Of a stretch of 31,952 bases of DNA, positions 17,001-26,685 are shown in pieces. The position numbers and the translations under genes are program-made. Where the stretch lies: the IMG/VR virus record IMGVR_UViG_3300024228_000015, positions 1 to 31,952 of that record; one strand, 5' to 3'. Source of the DNA: a virus. Taxonomy: Duplodnaviria > Caudoviricetes. Under the pieces are notes generated by a model. The model did not search any database. It was not told where the DNA came from and was given only the letters and a program-made list of their open reading frames with translations. Positions within the stretch are counted from its first letter, which is position 1, and each line of letters opens with the position of its first letter.

Positions 17001-20000
17001 CTGCTGCTTCTGCGTCTGCAATTACTAATTTTAACTTAGCAGTTCCTTCTTTATCAGATTCAAAATCGTATTCAAGAATATCATTTGTAGGTGTATTTGG
17101 AGCAATTCCTTGTGATCCTGTAAAGTAAAATAGTTCTGAGGTTACTACATTTTCATTAAGTGTATTAGCCTCTGATAATGTAGTATTACCTACCTGTAAT
17201 GAACCTCTAAATGCTGCTGTACCGTCCTTGTTAATATAGAAATTAGGTGAGTGGATAGATCCTTGGTAATTCATTACTATACCGCCATTAGCAGCGGTAT
17301 ACCCACTTTGATTTTGAGTAGTATTAGCAGTATTACCGGAGTTAATATTGTAGCTACTAATGTTCCATCCTGCTATTGTACCGTCAGTTGCTGCTGCTGT
17401 AGCTCGCATAGTTGCGGTTGTTATATTGTCAACGTTCCCTAAACCTATAGTATCTGCTGTGTTGCTTGAATTTAATGTATTAGCTGCGGTTAAATCTGTA
17501 TTACCTATACTTACTGTTCCTGAAAAGTTAGCGTTACCGTCTATGATAGAAAATTCTTCACTTATTAAATCTCCTGTATCTAAATTAAATTGAGTTCCTG
17601 CTGCTGAATAAGTTCCTGATGTATAGTTGTAGTTGGTTGATTCTATCTTACCAGTTGTTACCATTTCTCCAGTTATAGAGGTAACTTGCATATAGTGTGC
17701 TTCTATTGCAGGGTCAGTCCTAAGTAAGAAATTGGTTAAATTCAATGATGCTGAAGGTATTACTCCTCCGTAGTTAGAGAATGTAGCACCGTTGGTTGGT
17801 GCTTGTATTCCGTACATATTAGCACTAACTAATCTTCCTCCTCTTGGGTTAGTGGCTATAAAACTTACTACTCCTCCTCCACTATTTGATGTATAAACAT
17901 CGTTACTAAGAGTGAGTGTAGTCGATGACCCTTTTAGAGAAAATGGATGTACAATCGTTCCACCACCGGGTGACTTTTTTAACTGTGTAATTAATCTTCC
18001 AGAATCAGATGAAGTGTTTATACCTACGTTTGCATTTGCACTAATACCTGCTAAGATTGGGTGAGAAGCTGGTAATCCCTGATTAGCTGCTGAGTAGCCC
18101 ATCATCCAACCTATACCAGTACCATTAGCAGTTGCTGCAATTGGCCATTCTGTATTATAAGATCCTGTATAATTCCCTACATTGGTATCATTACCTACTA
18201 CTAGTACAGATTTACCTAAATCAAATAAGTTAAGTGCTAATTGTATTTCTGATCCATTTAATCCCCAATTTCTTTCATCAAATACGTATAAGTCATAATC
18301 ATGTGAATCAAATCCGTCTATGTCTGCTGGGTTAGTGTTGTTGGAGGCGTAGCCGTTATCGTCGTAGTACCAAGTACTCTCATTACCGCCAGTGTATCCT
18401 AGTGATTCTGATATATATGTTAATGTGCCACTTGCTGTTGTTCCTGCACTACCGGTTGATACTAAAATTATATTGTAATCAGATTTATTCTTAGTAGAAG
18501 GAGTTGCAAAAGTATCTGGGTTTGTTACTTCAATATTTCCTTTTACATTTAATGTTGTTCCGTCCCAACTTAAGCTAGGTGCTGCTGATCCTCCTAATTT
18601 AAAAGTTCCTGCATCTAAATCTAATCGAGAACCATTTGCTGTTCCCCAATTGGTTGATTGTATTCCTCCTGTCTGTATACCGTTACCTGAAATCCTTGTT
18701 GACATCCCGAGAGTCTTTCCTCCTGACATTCTACTAAATAGTAGGTTATTTGTTGTACCGGAATTGTGTATTGCTGCTCCCGGCCTAACATATCTTTCAG
18801 TTATTGCATCATTATTTCCAGTCTGTGGATTCGTTACTACTTGTGAATCGTATGTTACGTACGGTGAAGTAAAGTCTCCATCTTTAAATATTTTGTATAC
18901 AGCTCCAGTAGGTTTTAGCTGGATGCTAATTCTAAATAACGTAGGGGTATTAGTCGTCCATGCACTATATGCAAGGGCTCCTCTGGGCTTAGCATCTTCG
19001 TAAGCGTATATATTACCATTATAGAAGTAAATAGCGTGGCTAAGGTTGCCATAGCTAAATGTATTAGCACCCTCTTCAAATAACCCTATCATAGTTCTAG
19101 GGTTGTAATCAGATGTTACAATATCCCATTCAAATATACCTCCATCTTTTCTATCAAATAATGCTTTTGTATGAAAGCCTTCATCCCAGCTATTATTATT
19201 ATTATTGAATTCATTTCCAAATACAGGTGATGCATAACTAGTAGTTGTTGTAATACTAGAGTCAAATAAGTTTGTATCTAAAGAACCGCTAAAGTTATAT
19301 TCAAATGAAGGACCTACTCCTGGGTTACCTATTGATAGACTTTGACCGTTCCATACTAAGCCATCATCTCCAGAACCTGATAGCATAAACAGTCCAGATG
19401 ATGACATGAAAGTTAAGAACTGAGTTCCGTCATGAAATCCAAATGCATCAAAGCTTGTATAGAGTCCTGCTGTTTCAGGAGGTGTTGGAAGAGAGGCGAG
19501 TGACATCTGTGCATCTGGTCCAAAGTTGTATGTAGCGGGGTTTACCATTGAGCTGGTTGCTGCAATGAGGGTTGCTATTGAACCTGTTGCTGCATCTGCA
19601 GTACTTTGAGCTGTGAGTATTGATCCTGTTATTGCGGTAACTGCTGTATCCGCATACGTCTGTAAAGAACCTGTTGCAGTATTTAGTGCTGCTGTAGCAG
19701 ATGCTTCTGCTGCAGTTTGTGCTGCTGATGAAGATGATGATGCTTCAAGAGATGCACTAGTTGCTGCATCATTTGCTGCACTAGCGCTTGCAAATGCTGC
19801 TAAGAATAAATCTGCTGATGATGATTGTTCTGCTTCTAATTCTGCTTGTGATGCAAAATCACCAGGGTTAGTAACGTTTATTTCTCCACTAATTGTAAGT
19901 GCTTGAGTTGATGCATTCCATACTAGTTTATCTCCTAATGAAAAGTTACTTGATGAGTCTAAATAGAATCCAGTATCCGCATCACTATGAGTTCCTTCTC

Positions 20001-23000
20001 CATTGTATAATTTAGAATCTTCTAAAGTTATTCCTCCTATTTCTCCTGCTCTAGCAATTATTGTTCCATCAACTGTTAGTTCATCATTAGTCCATGCTAA
20101 TCCGCTATTATTACTTCCTGTTAAAAAGAATTCTCCACTACCAGACATATATGTTTTCCAAGATCCTGAGTTATAGAATCCTAATCTGTCTGCGTTATAG
20201 TATAATCCGTAACCATCTCCAGGAGGTGTAGGATTATATGCAATTTTACCATCTACATCTACTGATCTTGATAATGCTGCGGATGCTGATAATGCTGCTT
20301 GTAGTGCTGCTTGGGAGGCGCCTTGGGCTGCTGCAATTGCTAAAGATGCTGATGCATTACTTTCTGCGGATGCTGACTCTTGTGCTTCTGTTAGTGCTGT
20401 ACTTGCATCATCTACACTACCTGTTACATAGTCTTGAGTTGCTGCATTTCCTCCTAGTATGTTTACTTCTCCTGAAATGACTAGTGCTCCTCCGTCCCAT
20501 TTTAAATAATTAGTTTCACTTCCTGTTAAGAAAAAGTTACCATTATTTGCCATGAATGTTTGGAAAGCACTTCCAGAGTAGTAACCCATTGCTGTAGGAC
20601 CTGTGTATAGTCCTTCTAGGTTTGGATCTGTAGGTCTTACTATTCTACCAGTTGAGTCTGTAAATGTATTTAACGATGCTGTCCCAACAGAGTCTGTTAT
20701 AAGTTGAGACTGATCGTATGTTGTATCTGAAGCTGCTACCCATTCGCTTGCACTGTAAATATGTATTGCATTTCCGTCATTTGAGTCAATCCACATATCA
20801 CCGTCAAGTCTACTTTCAGTAGCAGGAGCATTATCTTGTCTAAATATAGAGTTTAGTCCTTCTTGAACTAATGAAAGTGATGCATTGGTTACTGCTTGAT
20901 TTGCAAATGCTGCATTTGATGCTGATATTGATGCTGATAATGCTGTATCTAAGCTGTCTGTTTGTTGATCTGTATAATTTTCGGAAGCACTTAATGAAGC
21001 AGAATAAGCTGCATCTGCTGCTGCTATTCCACTGTCTGCTGCTGCTGCTGCGGATGCTGATGCGAATAACTCTGCTGCGGTTTGTGCTGCTTCTAGTGAT
21101 GATGTTGTTGCTACGTTACCTGCTGTGACATTTATTTCTCCTGAAATTTTTAATGTTCCTCCATCCCAAGTTAAAGATTCTCCTTGATCACTTCCTGTTA
21201 AGTAGAAGTTTCCGTTATTAGCCATGTAGGTCTTCCATTCACTTTCGGAATAAAAACCTAATGCTTCATCTCCTAAGTACAATCCTGCTGATGCCGTATC
21301 CGGTGTTCTTACTATTCTACCAGATGAGTCTGTAAATATGTCTAAAGATACATTATCTATTGCTCCTGATATCTCGCTTAGTTGATTGTAGGTTTCATCT
21401 GGAGTTGTTGCCCATCCTGTTTCGTCTCCTGACCATATCTTTACAGCGTTTCCTTCGTCACTATCTATCCACATATCTCCTATAGTACCTGATGCGGTAT
21501 AAGGTGCTTCTGCTTGTCTAAATATAGCCGATTTTCCAGCTAGTACTAAGTTTGCTGATTCTAACCCTGATTGTAGTGTAGCTGTTGATGAGCTAATTGA
21601 TCCTGAGAGTGAAGCAGAGACTTGTGATATTATAGCTAAAGAAGCTGATTCTGCTACTGCTGCAGATGCTGATGCTGCATTTGTCGCATAATCTTGGGTT
21701 GCTGCGTTCCCTGATGTGATGTTTATTGCTCCTGCTATCTCTAATGTTCCGGTCGATGAATCCCATGCTAATTTATTACCTTCAGAACCTGTTAAGAAGA
21801 AATCTCCTTGGTTGTCCATATAGGTTTTCCATTCTCCATCTTTATAGAACCCTAAGTTCGTAGAAGCTAAATAAAGTCCTTCAGCTGATGCTGTTGGCGG
21901 TCTTACTGCTCTACCTGCACTATCCGTAAATATTTTTCCATCTAAAGTACTAGTAGTATTCTCTACTGATGCTGAAAATGCTGCGTCTGATGCTGATATT
22001 TCTGTTCCTAGAGAGCCTGATAATGAGCTTGTTGCTGCATTAAGTTCTTCAGTGTTTACACCACTACCTCCTGTTATATCTATATTACCTTTTATATTGA
22101 GGGTTGTTCCATCCCAGTATATGTAATTTGCACCTGTTGTTCCTGTTCCTACCCTAAACTTACCGTTACCATCTAAGTATACTCCTGTTCCAGTAGTACT
22201 TGTCATGTTACCGGCATTCGTACCTGCTGCTAAGGTTCCATTGTTTAATGAACTTGAAATTATAAAAGTAGAAGTATCTAAAGTAAATGTTTCAGTATTA
22301 ATAACTAAATTACCATCTGTGAAGTTATCTAATGATATGAAGTTATTAGCGCCTCCTACTTTCCAAGCACCGTCAGTATACCAGTAGTTATTATTATTTA
22401 CAAATATACCGTCGTTGAAAGCTCCTGTTGTGCCTGATACTTTTCTACCTATAGATATTTTTTGACCTGTTTCTAATCCTCCTGCTACTGTAGCTACATG
22501 AAGTATACCTGCTATAGATCCTGTTTCAGCTGTTATAGCTCCTTTAAAAAATCCATTTTCAGTGTATAAGCCAAAACCTGGTTCATTATTACCGTATAAG
22601 TAACCTGAAGCTAATCCTGAAAGGTCTCCTAATCTAGATCTTAACTGTAAATCGTATGCTCCTGATCCTGTTCTTTCTACAATATCCATATAAGGAGTAG
22701 AAACATCTCTAGGATTAGCATTCATCATTATATACCCAGATGATATATCTTGAGATGGATTAAATACTCCTGTTGAAACTAATACTTGCCCTTCATTATA
22801 GGGTTTCGCTGTTGAAACTAGCCCTGATAAGAATTCTGCGTCTAAGTCTATTAAGTAAACTGTATCTCCGTTAACATGGGAATCTGCTTCTGTATCATGG
22901 TAATCTCTTATAACAGTTAAAACATTACTACTAATTGCTGTTACCTTTAATCTTTCATTCCCTATCTTTATAATATTCTGTACTCCAAGACCGGATGAAT

Positions 23001-24996
23001 CGGTTACATTGACACTAGTCTCTCCTGTGGTTGATATATCTGCTGATAAAGTTGTAATAGATGCTGATACTGCTGGTGTACCTCCGTATGCTCTTTCTAC
23101 GTACAACTCTCCTGCTAAACCGTCTGGATCTATTGAACCTGTATTTCCTGTTATGGATGAATCTTCTGAGTATCTTTTTGATCCTGATACATACACATAT
23201 TCTACGCTAAAACCAGCATCGTTGACTGATTTAATTTTAAGTATTTCTCCTTCAGAAAAACCTGAAGTATTAGCAACTGAAAATGTTACGGCATTTGCTG
23301 CGTATGATGAAGACCCTGCTAAGATTACACCGTCTGTATCTTTTAATGGTTGTATTGTAGTAGCGTTAGCGACCATTAGTTGTCCACCGACTACGTTTAC
23401 AGTTTCTTTTTCGAATACTGTTGTGCTGAGTGTCCCTCTAATTCGCATATTTTCAAACTCTGCTGAACCGTTTCCGATTGTGTCTATTCTCCAACCTTTT
23501 AGATTAGAAACAAAATTAGATGATTCTAATTTTCCGTCTGAATGTATTATTAGTCCTGTCTCGTCTTCACCGTAGTTTTCTCCGAAGCCTGCTGTAGGTA
23601 TTGTTCTAATTTGAGAATCAGTTATTTCCCAACCACCAATCTTATTACCCTGTTGACCGAACATTGCTATGGTATTAGCACTGCCAGTCCCTGCTCCGTT
23701 ATATATCTTTATACCGTAAAGATCATCTGCTGCATCTGATATTTCTCCTAGTCTTATTATTTCTGCAGAAGCAGTATCGAATATGTTTAACCTTTGAGTG
23801 GTTGTATCAATATTAAAATAAGTTGTGTCTAACTTAAAATTATCTGTCTTAATATCAACACCAGTGGTTGTGTTAAACCTAACATAGTTATTAGCATCCT
23901 TAGTCAGATCCAGCGTTGGTACAGTGTTATCCATACCTATTATTACACCAGCAGCATCAGTTCCAAAGCCGGTTTTTGCACCTGCCACGATCATCGCATC
24001 TAAAGCGCTACCTGATATCTTAAATACATTTGTTTCTCCTACTTCAATAGCAGAAGAAGCTCCCAACAGTTTTACACTTCCGTTACCAAGAGACATAGAT
24101 GCTTCTGTGGAAGATATTTCTATATTAGATGCTGAGATTTCTAGTAATGAAGTTGAGAGGCTTACGTTACTCCCGTCAAACTTTACAAAACTACTTGTTG
24201 CATCCCCTACATAAAATCTAGGGGTACCTTCATTATACTCTAACTGAATACCTTTATTGCCGAACGTACTGTCATTGAAAGTTATACTTCCTGCATTTGC
24301 ATCTATTACTACGTTAGTAGATTTCTTTATCTGTGTATTAGTTATTTCCCATCCAGCAATTTTACCTCCGGAGAACATTACTGCTGATCCTGTTATATCT
24401 CCGTTACCTTTTAAATTAAAATTTGAAGCAGAAATAAAATGATCTGTTGGTCCTGCAGCACCGGATATAAAGAAGGAAGGTATGCCTAGGGTTTCAGGTC
24501 CATGTATGGCGTTAGGTGTGATACTGAATCCTCCTATGAGTCCGGAGGATGCTGTTATATCTCCTTCGATGATTGCTCCAGAAGCGTGTAAGAAGCCGCT
24601 AGAGGAGATAGCGAAGTTAGATCCAAAATGTACGTAATATGGAGCAGTCACTGCTGGATCAAAGTCTATGTACCATTCGTCAGAAGATAGATTTCCTCCA
24701 TCTGAATTCATAGCTTTATTTTTATCGTAGAATTGCCCGTTAAACAGGTCGATTATCATCCTACTACCAGTTATCTGGCTGTCAGCTATATATACATCTC
24801 CGATTGATCCTCCGTTTTCTTGAAAGTCAGCAAATGCTTCTCCACCGATAGGTACAGTCGCAGTTGTTCCGTCTTTCCTTTGAAGAATTAATTGATTTTC
24901 AGCGAAGGACGCTGTATAGAAGAATGATCTAAAATTTTCATCTAATTCTTCATGTGTTAGAGGTGCTCCTTTCTCGTCTCTAAATGTTAAACCCAT
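14029..24996 (-). CDS. Giant tail fibre / receptor-binding protein (3655 aa) with internal repeats, embedded Hint domain and C-terminal S74 chaperone
   Basis: Gly/Ser/Thr-rich beta repeats, Ala/Ser helical linkers, probable lectin/CBM-like domains; SDKRLK...GFIAQ...coiled-coil end. Confidence 0.9.
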   Translation of the reverse strand: MGLTFRDEKGAPLTHEELDENFRSFFYTASFAENQLILQRKDGTTATVPIGGEAFADFQENGGSIGDVYIADSQITGSRMIIDLFNGQFYDKNKAMNSDGGNLSSDEWYIDFDPAVTAPYYVHFGSNFAISSSGFLHASGAIIEGDITASSGLIGGFSITPNAIHGPETLGIPSFFISGAAGPTDHFISASNFNLKGNGDITGSAVMFSGGKIAGWEITNTQIKKSTNVVIDANAGSITFNDSTFGNKGIQLEYNEGTPRFYVGDATSSFVKFDGSNVSLSTSLLEISASNIEISSTEASMSLGNGSVKLLGASSAIEVGETNVFKISGSALDAMIVAGAKTGFGTDAAGVIIGMDNTVPTLDLTKDANNYVRFNTTTGVDIKTDNFKLDTTYFNIDTTTQRLNIFDTASAEIIRLGEISDAADDLYGIKIYNGAGTGSANTIAMFGQQGNKIGGWEITDSQIRTIPTAGFGENYGEDETGLIIHSDGKLESSNFVSNLKGWRIDTIGNGSAEFENMRIRGTLSTTVFEKETVNVVGGQLMVANATTIQPLKDTDGVILAGSSSYAANAVTFSVANTSGFSEGEILKIKSVNDAGFSVEYVYVSGSKRYSEDSSITGNTGSIDPDGLAGELYVERAYGGTPAVSASITTLSADISTTGETSVNVTDSSGLGVQNIIKIGNERLKVTAISSNVLTVIRDYHDTEADSHVNGDTVYLIDLDAEFLSGLVSTAKPYNEGQVLVSTGVFNPSQDISSGYIMMNANPRDVSTPYMDIVERTGSGAYDLQLRSRLGDLSGLASGYLYGNNEPGFGLYTENGFFKGAITAETGSIAGILHVATVAGGLETGQKISIGRKVSGTTGAFNDGIFVNNNNYWYTDGAWKVGGANNFISLDNFTDGNLVINTETFTLDTSTFIISSSLNNGTLAAGTNAGNMTSTTGTGVYLDGNGKFRVGTGTTGANYIYWDGTTLNIKGNIDITGGSGVNTEELNAATSSLSGSLGTEISASDAAFSASVENTTSTLDGKIFTDSAGRAVRPPTASAEGLYLASTNLGFYKDGEWKTYMDNQGDFFLTGSEGNKLAWDSSTGTLEIAGAINITSGNAATQDYATNAASASAAVAESASLAIISQVSASLSGSISSSTATLQSGLESANLVLAGKSAIFRQAEAPYTASGTIGDMWIDSDEGNAVKIWSGDETGWATTPDETYNQLSEISGAIDNVSLDIFTDSSGRIVRTPDTASAGLYLGDEALGFYSESEWKTYMANNGNFYLTGSDQGESLTWDGGTLKISGEINVTAGNVATTSSLEAAQTAAELFASASAAAAADSGIAAADAAYSASLSASENYTDQQTDSLDTALSASISASNAAFANQAVTNASLSLVQEGLNSIFRQDNAPATESRLDGDMWIDSNDGNAIHIYSASEWVAASDTTYDQSQLITDSVGTASLNTFTDSTGRIVRPTDPNLEGLYTGPTAMGYYSGSAFQTFMANNGNFFLTGSETNYLKWDGGALVISGEVNILGGNAATQDYVTGSVDDASTALTEAQESASAESNASASLAIAAAQGASQAALQAALSASAALSRSVDVDGKIAYNPTPPGDGYGLYYNADRLGFYNSGSWKTYMSGSGEFFLTGSNNSGLAWTNDELTVDGTIIARAGEIGGITLEDSKLYNGEGTHSDADTGFYLDSSSNFSLGDKLVWNASTQALTISGEINVTNPGDFASQAELEAEQSSSADLFLAAFASASAANDAATSASLEASSSSSAAQTAAEASATAALNTATGSLQTYADTAVTAITGSILTAQSTADAATGSIATLIAATSSMVNPATYNFGPDAQMSLASLPTPPETAGLYTSFDAFGFHDGTQFLTFMSSSGLFMLSGSGDDGLVWNGQSLSIGNPGVGPSFEYNFSGSLDTNLFDSSITTTTSYASPVFGNEFNNNNNSWDEGFHTKALFDRKDGGIFEWDIVTSDYNPRTMIGLFEEGANTFSYGNLSHAIYFYNGNIYAYEDAKPRGALAYSAWTTNTPTLFRISIQLKPTGAVYKIFKDGDFTSPYVTYDSQVVTNPQTGNNDAITERYVRPGAAIHNSGTTNNLLFSRMSGGKTLGMSTRISGNGIQTGGIQSTNWGTANGSRLDLDAGTFKLGGSAAPSLSWDGTTLNVKGNIEVTNPDTFATPSTKNKSDYNIILVSTGSAGTTASGTLTYISESLGYTGGNESTWYYDDNGYASNNTNPADIDGFDSHDYDLYVFDERNWGLNGSEIQLALNLFDLGKSVLVVGNDTNVGNYTGSYNTEWPIAATANGTGIGWMMGYSAANQGLPASHPILAGISANANVGINTSSDSGRLITQLKKSPGGGTIVHPFSLKGSSTTLTLSNDVYTSNSGGGVVSFIATNPRGGRLVSANMYGIQAPTNGATFSNYGGVIPSASLNLTNFLLRTDPAIEAHYMQVTSITGEMVTTGKIESTNYNYTSGTYSAAGTQFNLDTGDLISEEFSIIDGNANFSGTVSIGNTDLTAANTLNSSNTADTIGLGNVDNITTATMRATAAATDGTIAGWNISSYNINSGNTANTTQNQSGYTAANGGIVMNYQGSIHSPNFYINKDGTAAFRGSLQVGNTTLSEANTLNENVVTSELFYFTGSQGIAPNTPTNDILEYDFESDKEGTAKLKLVIADAEAAGIFTGAETLATQVIEHGNGWFKGRPSTSTSYPTLTLDQEDKKEGTRATRIQTTVEGQYVASNGITSNTERESFLISGWFKGTGTMKMRGQRLGNDYRVFADKAITLTDVWTYHEIAAPKGDDTLPVRMVLSENSGRFDAYVFEPSIKREPNYSGVQATVNGRQLRTRLSRTDVGGADNTLNTYFDNIKVNQGSNTIKIFSTSTDGATLREIEVTYTATEDITSGSAGGWTIDQDAIFSGTKTVTNGFAESGLTLHSAGSIHAKEFFINNEGSASFKGIVTAAGVTGSLIRGTNIEGGVITGGTLEGGSLSIPTQELPLFSVSAEGYMTASDASISGEITATSGRIGDWVIDESTNALRDEDGEIVFEPNIPEIQMYVGADKKVIISPLGDLTSTAGGAVNVNIDAIGSTGNYWSSFASTGSIPFLFSTDNTAFRAKQYFGVASGSILGPKDADTFNATSAGDYTVTLNIPAFTAKVGTHTTPTVSVADPNYVPSTSSQKHGFIRPTAAVTITELYLCAFNSGNDEIGSTLLGSSTAIGRTSSFTYKISSGTNSSNTPEQFEFDFTSVDSNALVTLIDGSTKLAKNINRQDKLKVWDEETSKFIGVTPAGINTRTVNEHWLVEAGGKNIRVTYNHNFWTDGGHIIPTEKIDTGITQIYIDTGNGVELKTVDKRELVKEELEVHSYEIPDKFNYIANSIIHHNPSYGYTWVDATFAGSSASTTSNSAVTNAEKIINVSEAGTIHFRYKWKVITGSGRSVTVSNSNSVTYTERKHTVGANQAATFTSVTGFDTQLGLAVPSNFVELKAGGLQIVSDADKYVRAERLDSNATAASVILQTKGGTLATDAIRPNTTSTSTTTGFDIGSTTYRYKDIYAYRIAAANNITAFTTGNASDKRLKHNVKPLKGALDKVLKLQGVSFDWNNKDLGSSIGFIAQDFEKHIPELVSSSEIITEEYKDTKTIDYAATVAVLTEAIKELSAKVIELEKKLETKN
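14032..14331 (-). other. Peptidase S74 intramolecular chaperone (auto-cleaving) domain
   Basis: SDKRLKHNV, FDW, IGFIAQD, IDY and EAIKEL motifs. Confidence 0.9.
14899..15306 (-). other. Hint domain 2 (Ser1, TxxH, terminal HN, +1 Pro) inside the giant fibre
   Basis: SVDSNALVTLIDG...; VTYNHNF; NYIANSIIHHN-P; 136 aa. Confidence 0.8.
19330..21933 (-). repeat. Five diverged ~60-80-aa protein repeats within the fibre
   Basis: Consensus GLY....[LMF]G[FY][YH]....[WF].T[YF]M...G.F.L[TS]GS....L.W....L.[IV].G; plus two copies of IFRQ..AP......GDMWIDS..GNA. Boundaries approximate. Confidence 0.8.
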
Positions 24997-25012
24997 AGTA
25001 CGTTCCCTTTAT

Positions 25013-25020
25013 TATAAATA
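25013..25020 (-). promoter_or_regulatory. Putative late promoter motif TATTTATA
   Basis: Intergenic, 16 nt upstream of the giant fibre ATG. Confidence 0.65.
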
Positions 25021-25036
25021 CGCTCTAATTCTCGAA

Positions 25037-26683
25037 TTAGCCAGTATACATAATATAAGCTAAGGCGTAGAATGATGGAACGTGGTATGATGTTGTTATG
25101 TCGTGGTCGTGACTGAGGCCGTTACCTTGTGATAAGGTTGTACCAGCTCTCCAGTATACGTATTTATTATCTGTGTCACTATCTCCACTTCCTTTATACT
25201 TAGTTGGACCTACATTATCCACTCCTCCAATAGCTCCGTTTTGACCTGTACCTGGGTTGTTGTATTCTATATAATACGAATCTTTATATTGATGAGTGTG
25301 ACTAGGGATCTGAGCTTGTGTTAAGGTGTGTGCTTGAGTGGATCCAAAGTGATCATGATTAGTGTTCCCTCCTGTTGATACTGCACTTCCACTAATAGTT
25401 GTAGTAGGTGTACCTGTTGTGTTGTTACTAGCTACTATAAATTTATTTCTTAAATCTGGAGTAACTACTGAGTTATATGTTGATCCATTACATAAATTCC
25501 AACCGCTAGGTAATGATTGTACTGCTCCTGACCACATGATTATTCCTCCTTGAGGTATTGGTGCTGCATTTACTTGCTTTACTACACTGTTATTTTGTTG
25601 AACTAAGAAATTGTAGTTTGTAGCAGATGAAGCATCTGCAATGGTGTTAACTTTCAATGAACCGGAAATTGTAGCACTTTCACTTACATATAATTCTCCG
25701 CTTCCTGAGATATCACCCGTGAAGGTTGCTTTTCCATCTATGTTAATGTCGTCTGATCCTGTTATTTTACCTTTTACAGTTAATACATTTCCTGTTATAG
25801 TTGCAGAAGTTCCTATACCGACAGCTCCGTCTGCTGCAAAATAGGCTACCATTTTGTTGTAAGTGGGTTCTGCTGATGAAGATGGTGGTGCAGATATTAT
25901 ACTAAACGATTCGTCTCCTGTGGTAGATTGTAAACCCATGATTATATGAGCGTTGTGAGGTCCTTCTAATATAATACCACGTTCATTACCTGTTAATAGG
26001 TTAGCACCAACATTATTCTCGATTCTAGTATTAGCTGAATCCCATGTGAATAATTTTGACCTGTAGTTGTTCCCGTGGTCTTTACCGAACACTATACTAC
26101 CGCTAATAACAAAATCTCCAAGGTTGTTAGCAGCGCCTCTATGGAGGATTTTTCCATTTCCTGTTACAGTTAACAGCGGCGTTATACCGTTATAAAGTTC
26201 TATATTTGCGTTGTTGTCTGAGAAGTTGTTTCTTAATACTAAATCTTTAGTGGTACCACCATACGTAATACTTGCGTTTGCGGCATCTGTTCCTATCTTA
26301 AAGTCTGATCCATCTCTCAAATACACATCTCCGCCTTCTACTCTTAATTTTTCTCCAGTAGCAGCGGTTGTTGCTCCTAATACTAAAGCATCAACTCCGG
26401 TACTATTATCATATACAATTGCTGAAGCTCCTCCTAGTAGTGTTGGGGATAGTTTAAATTGCAATTCTCCAACATTTCCTGCTGCTACTGGGTCAGATCC
26501 TGTATAAGGGTTTAGGGGTATATTAATTGCACTAGCAGCTTGTACTGTACTACCTGTATAATGTAAGCTTAGGCTTCTCAAATCAGATGAAAGAGAAGCT
26601 GAGTAAAATACTGAGCTAAAGTTAACGTCTAATTCGTCGTATGTTAATGCTGTTCCTTTATTGGATCTTAGTGTTATTGCCAT
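25037..26683 (-). CDS. Tail fibre with tail-collar domain and HxH tip
   Basis: IPQGGIIMWSG...PSGWNLCNG...TPDLRNKF collar motif; HDH, HTH and HDH motifs as in T4 gp12/gp37-type metal-binding tips. Confidence 0.85.
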   Translation of the reverse strand: MAITLRSNKGTALTYDELDVNFSSVFYSASLSSDLRSLSLHYTGSTVQAASAINIPLNPYTGSDPVAAGNVGELQFKLSPTLLGGASAIVYDNSTGVDALVLGATTAATGEKLRVEGGDVYLRDGSDFKIGTDAANASITYGGTTKDLVLRNNFSDNNANIELYNGITPLLTVTGNGKILHRGAANNLGDFVISGSIVFGKDHGNNYRSKLFTWDSANTRIENNVGANLLTGNERGIILEGPHNAHIIMGLQSTTGDESFSIISAPPSSSAEPTYNKMVAYFAADGAVGIGTSATITGNVLTVKGKITGSDDINIDGKATFTGDISGSGELYVSESATISGSLKVNTIADASSATNYNFLVQQNNSVVKQVNAAPIPQGGIIMWSGAVQSLPSGWNLCNGSTYNSVVTPDLRNKFIVASNNTTGTPTTTISGSAVSTGGNTNHDHFGSTQAHTLTQAQIPSHTHQYKDSYYIEYNNPGTGQNGAIGGVDNVGPTKYKGSGDSDTDNKYVYWRAGTTLSQGNGLSHDHDITTSYHVPSFYALAYIMYTG

Positions 26684-26685
26684 GG

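Noticed and set aside
25025-25040. Small inverted repeat CTAATT-CTCG-AATTAG as a terminator
   Set aside because: Short AT-rich stem overlapping the stop codon, with no adjacent U-tract.
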